Source: Balanoglossus misakiensis (Eukaryota; Animalia; Hemichordata). From it: a DNA stretch of 64,000 nucleotides. The position numbers were made by a program, and so were the translations under genes. The DNA lies in contig CM082590.2 of NCBI GenBank assembly GCA_040954595.2, positions 4,340,001-4,404,000 on the forward strand, read 5' to 3'. A model generated the notes under the pieces. It did not search any database. It worked only from the letters and a program-made list of their open reading frames with translations, and was not told the DNA's origin. Below, piece by piece: positions 27,681 to 40,326 of this stretch; positions within the stretch are counted from its first letter, which is position 1; each line of letters begins with the position of its first letter.

Positions 27681-28673
27681 CAGTCAGGACGTAAGTCGGG
27701 TAATTAAACAGCAGGGGATCATGCAATGCAAACACTTGAACTGGCCAGTAACGTTTGAATTGCTCATTTGCATACAGTTTTTCCACTTTTTTCACAACGA
27801 AAGTTAAGCAACTTGCAACCCATTTCTCACAATTATTTCACCCCAGGCACATTACTGGTACTATGAGTGTACTACATGTGATTTTTCATGAAGTTTTATC
27901 GAGAAGAATTTCTTTACTTCCACTGACAAAATTGTGATCACGAAATTCAAAGTGACCTTGAAGTTAAAAAATCAAAAAAAAAAATATCAGCCATACCCAC
28001 ACAAAAATTAACCCCCTCAGGCTTTAGAAACATTATTAAACTCCTCTATTCATAATTTTGACATGAATATATCCATGCCGAGAGTCAAGGACCACAATTT
28101 ACAGTGCCATAGGTCAGTCCTGAGAAGTCAGTCAGCGTGAATAGTGTATAGACTCCGTATGTAATATGCTAATGAGAGTTAACGACGCGTTGAAAAGGAA
28201 GCCATTACGTCATGGGTTAACATGCGTTGACCTACTTCAATGCATACACATATGGCAAAAACGGCTGTACTCGTCGATGGCGAAGGCAATTTTTACACCG
28301 TCATTACTCCACAACGGAGCGGCTCACAACGTTATAATTTCACGGTAACTTAGTTCAATATCTTCCTAACCTACCCAATTTTTTTCAAGACAAGAAATCT
28401 TTGCCGAGAGTCAAGGACCACAATTTAAACCAACATACCGAAACTGTCTATCTCGGGAACGTGTCGTTAAAACTTCACGAAAAATCATCCTATCATTGAC
28501 TATGGTGTTTCATACACGTCTTAGAAAAATGGATGCACTACGATCACTTGTAGTACCGAAAATCTCCGTTTGAAAATTTTTCGAACTGGCCGTAACTGCC
28601 ACTCAGCGACGTTCACATTCAAATAGATCTCTTTGATCTCACCGCCGTAATTACCCCACTTACGTCCTGACTG
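27681..28673. mobile_element. Tc1/mariner-type MITE, copy 2
   Basis: Near-identical to 24461-25453 with the same satellite flanks, offset 3220 bp; one substitution in the left TIR. Confidence 0.85.
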
Positions 28674-31600
28674 TATATGCCTATGCGCATAAGAACGTTT
28701 TCCACTAGACTCTGTTGATCGACGGATAGCTGTAAAATTTCCATGGTTGCTTCCAAACAGCCTCGTTTATTTACCGAATTCTGATGTGAGGCGCAGAACA
28801 CGTAATAGGCCTATGCACATAAGAAACTTTTCAACTTTAGATCGACGGATAGTTCTAAAATTTCCATGGTTGCTTCAAAACAGTCTCGTGTATTTACGGA
28901 ATTCTGTTGGGAGGCACAGAACACATAGATAGGCCTATGTGCATAATAAAGTTTTCCACTAGACTCTGTAGATCGAGAGATAGTTCTAAAATTTCCATGG
29001 TTGTTTCCAAACACAGCCTCGTTCATTTACAAAATTCTGTTGTGATGCGCTGAACACATACATAAGCCTATGCGCATAAGGAAGTTTCGCACTAGACTCT
29101 GTAGATCGACGGATAGTTCTAAAATTTCCATTATTGCTTCCAAACACATTCTCGATTGTTTACAAAATTCTGTTGTGATGCGCAGAACACATATATAGGC
29201 CTATGCGCATATGAACGTTTTCCACTATACTCCGTAGATCGACAGATAGTTCTAAAATGTCCATTGTTGCTTCCAAACAAAGCCTCGTTTGTTTACAAAA
29301 TTCTGTTGTGATGTGCATAACACATGATAGGCCTATGCGCATATGAACGTTTTCCACTATACTCTGTAGATCGAGAGATCGTTCTAGAATTTCCATGTTT
29401 GCTTCCAAACAGCCTCGTTTATTTACGGATTTCTGTTGTGATGCGCATAACACATAGATAGGCCTATGCGCATAAGAACGTTTTCCACTAGACTCTGTAG
29501 ATCGACGGATAGTTCTAAAATTTCCATGGTTGCTTCGAAACAGCCTCGTTTATTTACCGAATTCTGATGTGAGGCGCAGAGCACGTAATAGGCCTATGCG
29601 CATAAGAAACTTTTCAACTTTAGATCGACGGATAGTTCTAAAATTTCCATGGTTGCTTCCAAACAGCCTCGTGTATTTACGGAATTCTGTTGGGAGGCAC
29701 AGAACACATAGATAGGCCTATGTGCATAATAAAGTTTTCCACTAGACTCTGTAGATCGAGAGATAGTTCTAAAATTTCCATGGTTGTTTCCAAACACAGC
29801 CTCGTTCATTTACAAAATTATGTTGTGATGCGCTGAACACATACATAAGCCTATGCGCATAAGGAAGTTTCGCACTAGACTCTGTAGATCGACGGATAGT
29901 TCTAAAATTTCCATGATTGCTTCCAAACAGCCTCATTTATTTACCGATTTCTGTTGTGAGGCGCAGAACACATATATAGGCCTATGCGCATATGAACGTT
30001 TTCCACTATACTCCGTAGATCGACAGATAGTTCTAAAATGTCCATTGTTGCTTCCAAACAAAGCCTCGTTTGTTTACAAAATTCTGTTGTGATGTGCATA
30101 ACACATGATAGGCCTATGCGCATATGCACGTTTTCCACTATACTCTGTAGATCGAGAGATAGTTCTAGAATTTCCATGTTTGCTTCCAAACAGCCTCGTT
30201 TATTTACGGAATTCTGTTGTGAGGCGCAGAACACATGATAGGCCTATGCGCATAAGACATTTTTCCACTAGACTCTGTAGATCGACGGATAGTTCAAAAA
30301 TTTCCATGGTTGCTTCCAAACAGCCTCGTTTATTTACCGAATTCTGTTGTGAGGCGCAGAACACATAATAGGCCTATGCGCATAAGAAACTTTTCCACCA
30401 GACTCTGTGGATCGACGGATATTTGTAAAATTTCTATGGTTGTTTCCAAACAGCCTCGTTTATTTACCGAATTCTGTTGTGATGCGTAGAACACATACAT
30501 ATGCCTATGCGCATAAGAAATTTTTCCACTAGACTCCGTAGATCGACGGATAGTTCTAAAATTTCCATGGTTGCTTCCAAACAAAGCATCGTTTGTTTAC
30601 AAAATTCTGTTGTGATGCGCAGAACACATAGAGAGGCCTATGCGCATAAGAACGTTTTCCACTAGACTCTGTATATCGACGGATAGTTCTAAAATTTCCA
30701 TGGTTGCTTCCAAACACATCCTCGTTTGTTTACAAAATTCTGTTGTGATGCGCAGAACACATAGATAGGCCTATGCGCATTGGAAAGTTTTCCACTAGAC
30801 TCCGTAGATCGACGGATAGTTCTGAAATTTCCATGGTTGCTTCCAAACACATCCTCGTTTGTTTACAAAATTCTGTTGTGATGAGCAGAACACATAGATA
30901 GGCCTATGCGCATATGAACGTTTTCCACTATACTCTGTAGATCGACGGATAGTTCTAAAATTTCCATGGTTGCTTCCAAACAGCCTCGTTTATTTACCGG
31001 ATTCTGTTGTGAGGCACAGAACACATAGATAGTCCTATGTGCATAAGAAAGTTTTCCACAAGACTCTGTAGATCGCGAGATAGTTCTAAAATTTCCATGA
31101 TTGCCTCCAGACACAGCCTCGTTTGTTTACAAAATTCTGTTGGGAAGCGCAGAACACATAGATAGGCATATGCGCATAAGAACGTTTTCCACTAGACTCT
31201 GTAGATCGACGGATAGTTCTAAAATTTCCATGGTTGCTTCGAAACAAAGCCTTGTTTGTTTACAAAATTATGTTGTGATGCGCAGAACACATGATAGGCC
31301 AATGCGCATAAGAAACTTTTCCACTGTAGATCGACGGATAGTTCTAAAATTCCCATGGTTGCTTCCAAACACTGCCTCGTTTGTTTACCGAATTCTGTTG
31401 TGATGCGCACAACACATAGATAGGCCTATGTACATAAGAAAGTTTTCCACTAGCCTCTGTAGATCGACGGATAGTTCTAAAATTTCCGTGGTTGCTTCCA
31501 GTCTAATTAATTCAGATAAAAAGAATTGACACATTATGATGTAAATATTTATAAAAGTAGTAATAATGTAAGAGATAACCATAATTCAAAATTCATTAAA

Positions 31601-34172
31601 TTCTAATGTAATTTTAAAGTTTTGTTTTAAATTTTTCATGAAAAAAATAATCATATCAAGTGACATGTTTAATAGTGAAAAAAACCTGAATGTCACAAAA
31701 TCAACAATCATCTAAAGAGAATAAACACTGATTCCTCTTTTCCATCACACTGTATCAAAAACTCCTACCAAAAGTACAGTATTATTTAAACCACAAATAA
31801 GAAAAATCTCCTTATTATGACTTGTCAGATTATTAGGTGACAAACAGGAATTGGCAGATGCTGGAGGCCGGGAGAAAATCATCCTATCTTATCTGCTCCA
31901 GATCGCTTTGAATATTCTCCTAATCCTGATGTACATGTATCAGATCAATCTTGTATGTTACTAATTGAACAATTTGTTCTTCGGTATAACAGAACCAGTT
32001 GAATACTCAAAGTCATGCAAAGGGTAAGACAATATCTCTTCTCCAGAAAGTCAAGGGTTCTTGAGAATATTCCTTCTACACAGGCAGCTCTAAAAGAACA
32101 TGTGCTATGAGAAACCTAGCAAAGCTATATCAAACCAACAGAATCCCATTGGAAATCAAGTTGGAAAAAGCCCAAGAAAAGAGTCAACCTCAGGAAATCA
32201 GTTGTAAAAAGTAATGCACATGTTCCTGTAGGTGCTTTAGGTCTAGTCTGACAGCAGTGATCTTTGTTACTGTAAAGGAGAATGTCATCAAGATTGCTCT
32301 GATACATGTACATGTGGATTAGGATAATATACAGAGGAATGTATGGAAGCAAGTATGTTTTACAACCCATATTCCTGTTTCTGAGTGTTACAATTGACCA
32401 AAAAGTGCCAATAATGGGAGAAAAGTGTGAATGTCAGTTTCTGGCCGCTATTTTGGGATCCATATTGGAAAATGTCCGCCATGGGTCAATGAATAATTGT
32501 ACCAAATTTCATGCTTTTAACCCAAAGTGCACGATTTTAAAGTTTGAATATCTGTTTCTGGTCACTAGAGGGCTGTGTCATTTTAGATCCATATCAGAAA
32601 ATGGCCGCCATGGGTCAATGCATAAGTGTACCAAGTTTCATGCTTTTAACCCAAATTTCACGATTTTTGGGTTAACTGCCCCACTACAAGGAGAAGTGCA
32701 GACTGAAATGCAGTGATTGTCAATGTTGTAAATGTATGTGTTGTTGTTTCTGTAAAATGTCATGTTTTTGTAGAATTGATGTTTAACAACTTAGCTACTT
32801 TGCATGTCAAGCAAGGAGTACACTCAGTCATGTGTAGTATGGTAGTTTAAGCTTAGCTTCATTGAGATGTCATGTCTGGAGAACATTCACTGAGTTTGAA
32901 TATTTGCTTGTAGTTTTTAGTCATCCAAGAACTTAGTCTGAGGTTGCCAACCTGTCTATCAGATGTGAAGTTAATACCTTAAATAATTACAATGACATTG
33001 TTCATTTCCCCTGTATGTGTAAAAATCACATGTAATTTATTCAAAAGCTGACTACAAATCACATAGTACAATGCTCATTCAAAACAAGATATAATTTTTA
33101 AGTTTTAAGTTATAAGGTTTATTTAGTAGAGCATGTTTTGGACATTACATTATATTTCCAGTTTTGATTGGAAAAACTGCATGAAAATACGTGTTCACCG
33201 AGTTGCAATGACAGTATTACAGTACATCCATATCATTCCTAATTTTATGTGAGAAAACACTGTTGTTGGTATAAGTCAGAAACTGACATGAAACTGAATA
33301 CATATAACTCTTCTTTACACCAGTAATTTCTCACAATATTTTAATGTGACTATACCATTGTTATTTGTATTTGATGTACATGTTCCCAATTGTGAAACAA
33401 TAACACTTAGTATACAGTAAATATGAACAGGTTGTTTGGTTTATAGAGGTGATAAGTTTTAATGTACAGGTTTAACTCTTTTACAGTGTGTCTAAAGGCA
33501 AAGGATTCCGAAAACTGTTTTGTATAGACAGTGTTCTAAGGTTTTGACAGGGTTTGATTTAGACACAGGTTCTTCTGTTCATGACAGGCCCATAAAACTA
33601 TATTCAGTACTAAATTACGGCCTGCCAATGGCATATATGATTCTAGAACATTTTTCTGTATCTTTACTGATCTTTACTGTAGCAACAGTAATCTTTTTTC
33701 AGCATCCAATTGTTTGGAGTACTTAACAAACCTTGCTTTTAGGTTTTCAGACTTTTTCACAGATATTTCATGTGTAAACTTTGGGAATACCTTGTGCTCC
33801 CTGTTAGGCTTTATTGTAAATAAATCCTTTAATTTATACATATTAACACACTTCCTCACATCTTTAGTTGTGTTGCCAGTGGTGGTATGTGGTGTGTATT
33901 GGTACTTGTCTGCTACTTGATCAAAATACAATTTCTCCATTGACTTTTCAAGCGAACCAACAAGTCTTGAGAATCTTGCCATTTGTGTATCATTGTATTG
34001 ATCACGACAGCGCTTCAGATTTTCTGAGACAAAAAATTGAACCAAAATTTACTAAATAAATACTCTAGGTATCATAATTGGCATAATGTAATAAATATGT
34101 TACAACATTCTCACACATTTTTGAGAAAGCAAATAAATCAAATTTCACCAAAGTCATTAATTACAGGAAAAA

Positions 34173-35890
34173 TTAAAGCTGCAAGCAGCATTGTCCGGGC
34201 CCAAGCTCTATTATCTGATCTGGTTATTAGATATGCACATAATTAATGAGTAGAAACATAATGCTGTGTTTTATCCCATGAAATATCAAGGTTATTTCTA
34301 TGTTTGGTGTTGATATAGTGTTAAGTAGGTCAAAGGTCACCCAGAGGTCACCCACAATTTGGGCAGAAAATTTTGACCCATAGTGGTCCATGTCCAACAA
34401 AAACCAGACCTCTAGCCCTTTTGGTTAGCCCGGAATTATGTATGCACATAAATAATGAGTTAAGCAGGTGTCACAGGTGACCCAAAACTTTGGCTTTCAT
34501 TATGGCCCCATACCTCCAAACGCCAAGGCTGTACCTGCTTTGGATGCCGAGATAGGCAAAAGTAGGTCAAAGGTCATCTGAGGTCACCCAAAATTTGGGC
34601 AAGAAAATTTTGACCCATAGTGGTCCATGTCCAACAAAAACCAGACCTCTAGCTCTATTGGTTCGCCTGTAATTAGCTATGCACATAATAAATGAGGTCA
34701 GCAGAGGTCACAGGTGACCCAAAACTTTGGCTTTTCAATATGGCCCCATATCTCCAAATGCCAAGGCTGTACCTGCTTTGGATGCCGAGATATGCAAAAG
34801 TAGGTCAAAGGTCACCCGAGGTCACCCAACATTTGGGCAAAATATTTTGACCCCATACTGGTCCATGTATAACAAAAACAAAACCTCTAGGTCTATTGGT
34901 TCATCTGTAATTAGGTATGCGCATATTTAATGAGGTCACCAGAGGTCAAAGGGGTCATGAAAAGTAGCAAAATTTTTTGATCACATATAAATCCACATAC
35001 ATCAAAAACCAAACTTATAGCCCTATTGGTTAGCCTGGAATTAGATATGCAGAAAAATGATGCGTCAAAAGTAGGTCAAAGGTCATTGCCAAAATTACCA
35101 AAATATTTATAGGTTATTCTTGTCATATGATGATTCATATCCATAAAAAGAATTTCTGTGATATCAATTTTTAGGCTAGAAAAGGAATTTTTACTTTTTA
35201 ATCGTTTTTCACAAAATCCAATATGGCCACCATAATCTTCGACCAATCACATTCCCCTTCGCAAACTTGATAGACATCTGTTTAATGACCACACACACCA
35301 AATCTTGTGACTCGGTTATCGCCCGTTCTGGAGAAGAAGATTTTTGAAGTTTTACTATGGTTTTTCGAAAATCCAATATGGCCGCCATAATCTTCGACCA
35401 ATCACAATGATCTTCGCAAACTTGATAGACATCAGTTAGGTGACCACATACCCCAAACGTCGTGACTCGGTTATCGCCGGTTCTGGAGAAGAAGATTTTT
35501 GAAATTTTGACCAGATTTCAGAAAAACAACTGTAGCAAAAAAACTGCAACATTGACAGCAAAATATCCAATTACAAAAATGATGGGCAGAGGGTATACTA
35601 CCAGCACGCCAAATCTTAACTCGATCTGACTTGTAGTTTCTGAGATCTGAGATTTGCATTTTTTCAGAAAATCCAATATGGCCGCCATGTCATGTGACTA
35701 ATTAAGTATTCACAAGTCACTGCACATCTACTCATTGACCTTGACCACTGTAGCAAGTTTGAGAACTGTACCTGCAGCGGTGTCTGAGATCTAGAGCGCG
35801 AAAGAAGTGAACCAAGAATAAAGAAAGAAAGAAAGAAAAACCCCAACGAAACCAATACGGGCCCAAGCCTGGCTTGGCTTGGGCCCGTAA
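34173..35890 (+). mobile_element. Helentron-associated non-autonomous element (HINE/DINE-1-like) with internal tandem repeats
   Basis: 5' sub-terminal motif cgggcccaagc; ~240 bp units (agtaggtcaaaggtca at ~34324, 34561, 34800, 35070); aaaatccaatatggcc units; (aaga)n tract; 3' hairpin gggcccaagcctggcttggcttgggccc. Confidence 0.75.
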
Positions 35891-36412
35891 CAAAAGAGCT
35901 TGACATGTCCAAAAACAAGAACTTTTGTCCTACTTTCTTGTCCTATTTGGAGGTTAACCAAATATAGTTTTCTTTACCGTAAACTTTATACATGTATTTA
36001 TACCATGTACTGAGGGGAATACGATACTGTTTATTGAGCTCAAAATCCCTGATGAAGCTTAGACTGTGGGTTGAAATCAAAATTTCAATTTCATTGAGAA
36101 AATTTACACCAAAATATCCACTGCAGCCCCTACAGACCAGTGTAAAATTTGCTGGTTCCATCAGACATGAAGGAATATTTTTAATACCTACGTTTGAATT
36201 CGTTATTCAAGAATTCAATGGCCAGATCCAAAGCCACATTATTGCAAATGCCTCCACGGATATTTACTGTTCGGTTCCACTTGATTTCTTCTGAGAGTCT
36301 CTTTGGCAACCACTAATTTACTCCTGGGAAAGGAAATGTTTTAATTTATTTACCTCATCGGTTTTATCTTACTTGTAAAACCTGTACATGTTATGTCTTA
36401 ATTAATTCTTAA

Positions 36413-36852
36413 ACCCTGGTGCGGAAAGTCCTGGGGTTCGGATTAACGTGTGTTTGTATAGTTGTTTATTTGGGAGTGGTCGTCGTGCATAATGACTGTG
36501 TAATTGCTCTCATGTAAACAGAAAATAATTGAACACTTCACACTTCCACGCGATTGACAACTGTTTGAATGGCGTGGTTATTGTTTCCCAAGGACGCTTC
36601 TGAAAAGCACTGAAACCAGATTTCTCCCAAAATCATCGTTGTTTCATAAGCTCGTGTACTTTTTCGTCAATAACTTTATGTTGTGTGTGTTTATAAAGCC
36701 AACTACTGACGTTGTGTGGTGTAATTCTTTACGCTTGGACCTGTTTGGGCCTATTTTCATAGAGCCAAGATCGTTGGTGTTGTCTGTTGTCAGTCAAACG
36801 GCATTAAGATTCGCTACTGATTTGGGGGGCCTTTTATACCCCGCACCGGGGT
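36413..36852. mobile_element. TTAA-flanked MITE (piggyBac/Kolobok-like), 440 bp
   Basis: ttaa|accctggtgcgg ... ccgcaccggggt|ttaa: 12 bp TIR with one mismatch. Confidence 0.55.
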
Positions 36853-38019
36853 TTAATGTTGTCAATAAACTCTCTTTTCCATGTTTGTATTAATTCTTCC
36901 TATAATTATTATCAATGGATTGAAGTCTGTCTATTATGAACATCCTCAGGAAGCAACAAAAAAATCTGTAAGAAAGAGGTGCCTCAATATACAGGTAAAA
37001 TTCTATTCACATTGTCACTTTTGACTTGAAGTGGAAAATCTGCCATCAATGCAGAGGGGTCCTGATTAGATAGTTATCTTACCAGCTAATAACCTGTGAC
37101 CTTGAATCAAATATTTGTAATGGTTATTACACCAAAACTGTAACATATCCAGTCTCCAGTTTGAGATAATCCCCTCGCCATCAGCATGTCTCTCAGCATC
37201 TTTGTGAGCAAGTTGGTATAACCCACGCCATGTCAAGCATCTTGTGTATTCAGCCACATGGTCAATGTTTGCTGTACAGGCACGCTGCACACTTTTGCAT
37301 TCATTGCTGCAAAACCAGTCACCCTCTAAAATTGAAGTAAAACCCAAGATTTAATAACAATTAGAAAGAGTCGGCTGTATCATATGATATCATTTCATAC
37401 CAGTATGTTTATCCTCATATTGGTGGTAAAACAAATCTGCTCATGTAGTATATGATGTTGACTTCTCACAGACTATTACATGTAAAGTTACAAATACATA
37501 AAAATGCATAAGAAAAAGGCCACCATTGAATATTTTCAGAATTGTACTATCACAAACAGGGTTGCTAATGTTTGTATGTAAAAGTAGACATTTATACAAG
37601 GTATAATTGTTAATCCCTTGCACTCTAAGTATATTGAGTATTGCTCACAATTTCCAGAACACCACCAATCTCCTTCAGGTATGTCCCCTTGATCTATGTC
37701 CATGCACTGGCAATGGTACCAACGACCCTTGTGACAGTTACCCATTGCTGAACATTCGATCCATGGCGAATCTGGCAAATCTGAAATAAAAACAAGATAG
37801 AGAAGAGCAGATTTTATTCGCTGACTATATTGACTGCATGACATTAAAAAAAGTTACATAGCTACTACTCTCAAGGTTGAGTGATAAAATCCATAGGACA
37901 CTTCAAAGTAATTGATTATAAAATCATCCAAAATGTGTATGGACAGTCATAACAGTGTCACAAACTGCTCTGTGTTATATTTGCGGGTTTGGTTGTAACT
38001 GACCAAATATTATATATTG

Positions 38020-38112
38020 GAGATACCGCTGGACACAGATGGCGAGACAGACAGACAGACAGACACACACAGACACACAGACATTATAAGCTCCTCATTG
38101 TTGGCTAAAAAT
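38020..38112 (+). repeat. (GACA/CA)n microsatellite, probably the 3' end of a HINE-type repeat
   Basis: gacagacagacagacagacacacacagacacacagac followed by a short terminal motif and an A-run. Confidence 0.45.
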
Positions 38113-40326
38113 TCACATATAACATACTCCCCAGTGAATGCAGTTCATGTGATTCCCCCCCCCCCCCCAAAAAAAAATAGGTAGCATAGTACATTGTTTT
38201 CAGTGTGAGTTACATGTCATTGCAACAATATATGGTCCAAGTAATGGCATATTAATACATAAATGATAGAGACTAACCCTCGGTACTGCCACATATACAG
38301 TATTCTCTATCATCCTCATCACCACCATCATTAGCTGTGAACACTTCTTTTATGGACCTGTAGTCTATGATTGGCCAAACCATCAACACAGCATTTGAAG
38401 CTAAAGCCTTCAGGTGATCCACTTTGTCTCCAGGTGCGTTTTCGGGTATTTCGTCAATGTCATCTACCTGTAGAACTTTCATTGCAGCCAAAACTACCAT
38501 AGCTTCAGTTGTGAAATTCAACAAATTATCCACATGATTGATGCAGTCCGTGATCTTTTTCTTCACATTTCGATGGTTAAACACAGTTTTAGATGGAAAA
38601 GTGTACCCTCTTGATCTGCACTTTTTCCAGTGAACAGAAGATCCTGAAATAAAATACATAACAATTCCTCAAATAATTTAGCGAAAACATAAACAGAAAA
38701 ACATTTCAATCCAATGAAACACAGTTTGAATGACATCTAATGGGCTATTCATTGTCCTATCATAGAACATTGAAAGGGTATATGAATAAGGCTTTCCAAC
38801 AAAAGGTACTACATAATTAGATTTATAAATTATTTTTCACTTAAAATGAATATAGTGCAAACAAATCCTGAAAACATTGTGTCAATTTTATTCAAACAAA
38901 ATTGCCAATATTGGAATGAATTCTTCAAATACATGTCATCCATTATTGAAATATCAACCTGTCTTCTTTATTAGTATATGTAGAAATCTTAAAACACTAT
39001 CATTCTTATTAATATGCCCAGAAGATTGGGGTTTTAAGAATCACAGAAATTTATTTTTGAGCTGAGTACTTGATCTACAAGGTTTGATCGTGTTTGAACA
39101 TTTTGAGGTGGTTCATCCAAGCAATAAAACAACCAAACATGTTTTGAAATATAGCAATTTATAATACGTTCTTTTGGTGGTTTGTTTTCTACTTTATGAA
39201 AACTAAACTTCTCCTTGAATCCTTTGCCATAACAAATGATAAGAAAACATTAATATAATCTTTACACACACTAATATTTTAAATGTAGCTATAAAATTAA
39301 AATGTACCACCTGATTTTTTGGCTCAATTTCTCATATTGTCAACACTAACAGCAATATTGTCATTTGTGATAGTTGCATTTTCCTTAACGATATATAGTC
39401 CCATTCGTTTGTACAACTACCAGTGTCGCTAGTACTTAAAAAAACTACATTTCAACACACATCAATCTGTTCTGGCTAATGAAACAAAAACAATATTTAC
39501 GGCCAAAAACGAATATCACTTACAATTTGTCTAATGTTTAAATAAATGCCATTACTACTAAAAGCGAAAACATCACATACGGTGATTCTAATCCTTGAAT
39601 ACATATGTCATTACAAATAAACATGAAAACATCACCTAAAATGAACATTTGCAAAAATGAGGGAATTTCCCTCTGACGACTGAAAACAAACAAATGCCAG
39701 TCGTATGGCAGATTTTGATGATCAAGACTAAAAATAATGATGTACAGCTCTTTGTTGTAAACAATAATTTGGATGACAAAAAATTATTACATTTTGTTTT
39801 AACAAAACAGAAAAACTAACCAAATGATCTATAATGAGCACTGATGTATATTAATTAGTATTTGTTGTGACTTGTAAACTTCACATGCCACTTTCTTTGT
39901 ATTTAACCAATACACTCACTTCATTTGGCCAATCTTGTGATGTTGACATGGCACCATTTTCGTCAGTCCTTTCTTTGCAATTATCCAGTAAACCTACTTT
40001 CATTGGATGCAGCTTAAATGTGTTTCTTTGATCTTGTCGCCTTCAGTTGTGTCATCTCTATCAGCATTTTCTCTGATTTGGCTTTTGGAATATTTTCTTT
40101 GTCAATAATGTTTCTGTGGCTTTATCCGTCAACTTCAAATTCTCTAATTCAACCGTCGTAACATTTTCTGAATGACTTTGTTTGTTTAAGATTTATATCC
40201 TTGGTCTCGTATTGTGTTATCTTCAGTTGTGTCACCTCTACCGATATTTTCTCCAATTCAGCTGTTGAAACATTTTCTGTGTCAATGTTGTTTGTATGGC
40301 ATTATTATTCTTCCACTCCATCATCC

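Larger units (their letters stand above)
5590..31500. repeat. Satellite DNA array, ~130 bp monomer (roughly 180 copies), with higher-order repeats
   Basis: Consensus about aggcctatgcgcataagaacgttttccactagactctgtagatcgacggatagttctaaaatttccatggttgcttccaaacagcctcgtttatttaccgaattctgttgtgaggcgcagaacacatagat; 130 bp period (e.g. 7321 vs 7451). Matching pseudo-ORFs recur at offsets 784, 1313, 3220, 3935 and 8663. Confidence 0.97.
33674..38643 (-). pseudogene. Fragmented Academ (AcademH/AcademHP-type, DUF6589-like) transposase with PHD finger(s)
   Basis: Exon remnants: ~38277-38643 (FNHRNVKKKI...AAMKVL...YCICG); ~37640-37780 (PHD: WIECS..CHKGRWYHCQC..PEGDWWCSGNC); ~37083-37347 (EGDWFCSNEC, DHVAEYTRCLTWRGL..DAERHADGEGIISNW..F..NHYKY); 33674-34023 (FTIKPNREHKVFPKF). 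Interrupted by TEs, and at least one exon could not be found. Confidence 0.7.

Noticed and set aside
5590-31500. Dozens of 60-190 aa ORFs (MLPNSLVYLPNSVVRRRT...) and a CRISPR-like appearance
   Set aside because: They are translations of the 130 bp satellite; there are no unique spacers or cas genes and the context is eukaryotic.
31830-32310. Possible degraded RecQ-helicase motif VI (AcademH partner gene)
   Set aside because: Only a faint frameshifted resemblance; cannot be supported without a search.
32460-32690. ORF 32306..32716 and a two-copy 130 bp repeat
   Set aside because: Looks like a fragment of a common interspersed repeat; no protein motif.
37536-37844. PHD finger as a possible RAG2-like partner
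   Set aside because: No kelch repeats, 32 kb from RAG1L on the same strand, and embedded in DUF6589/Academ motifs.
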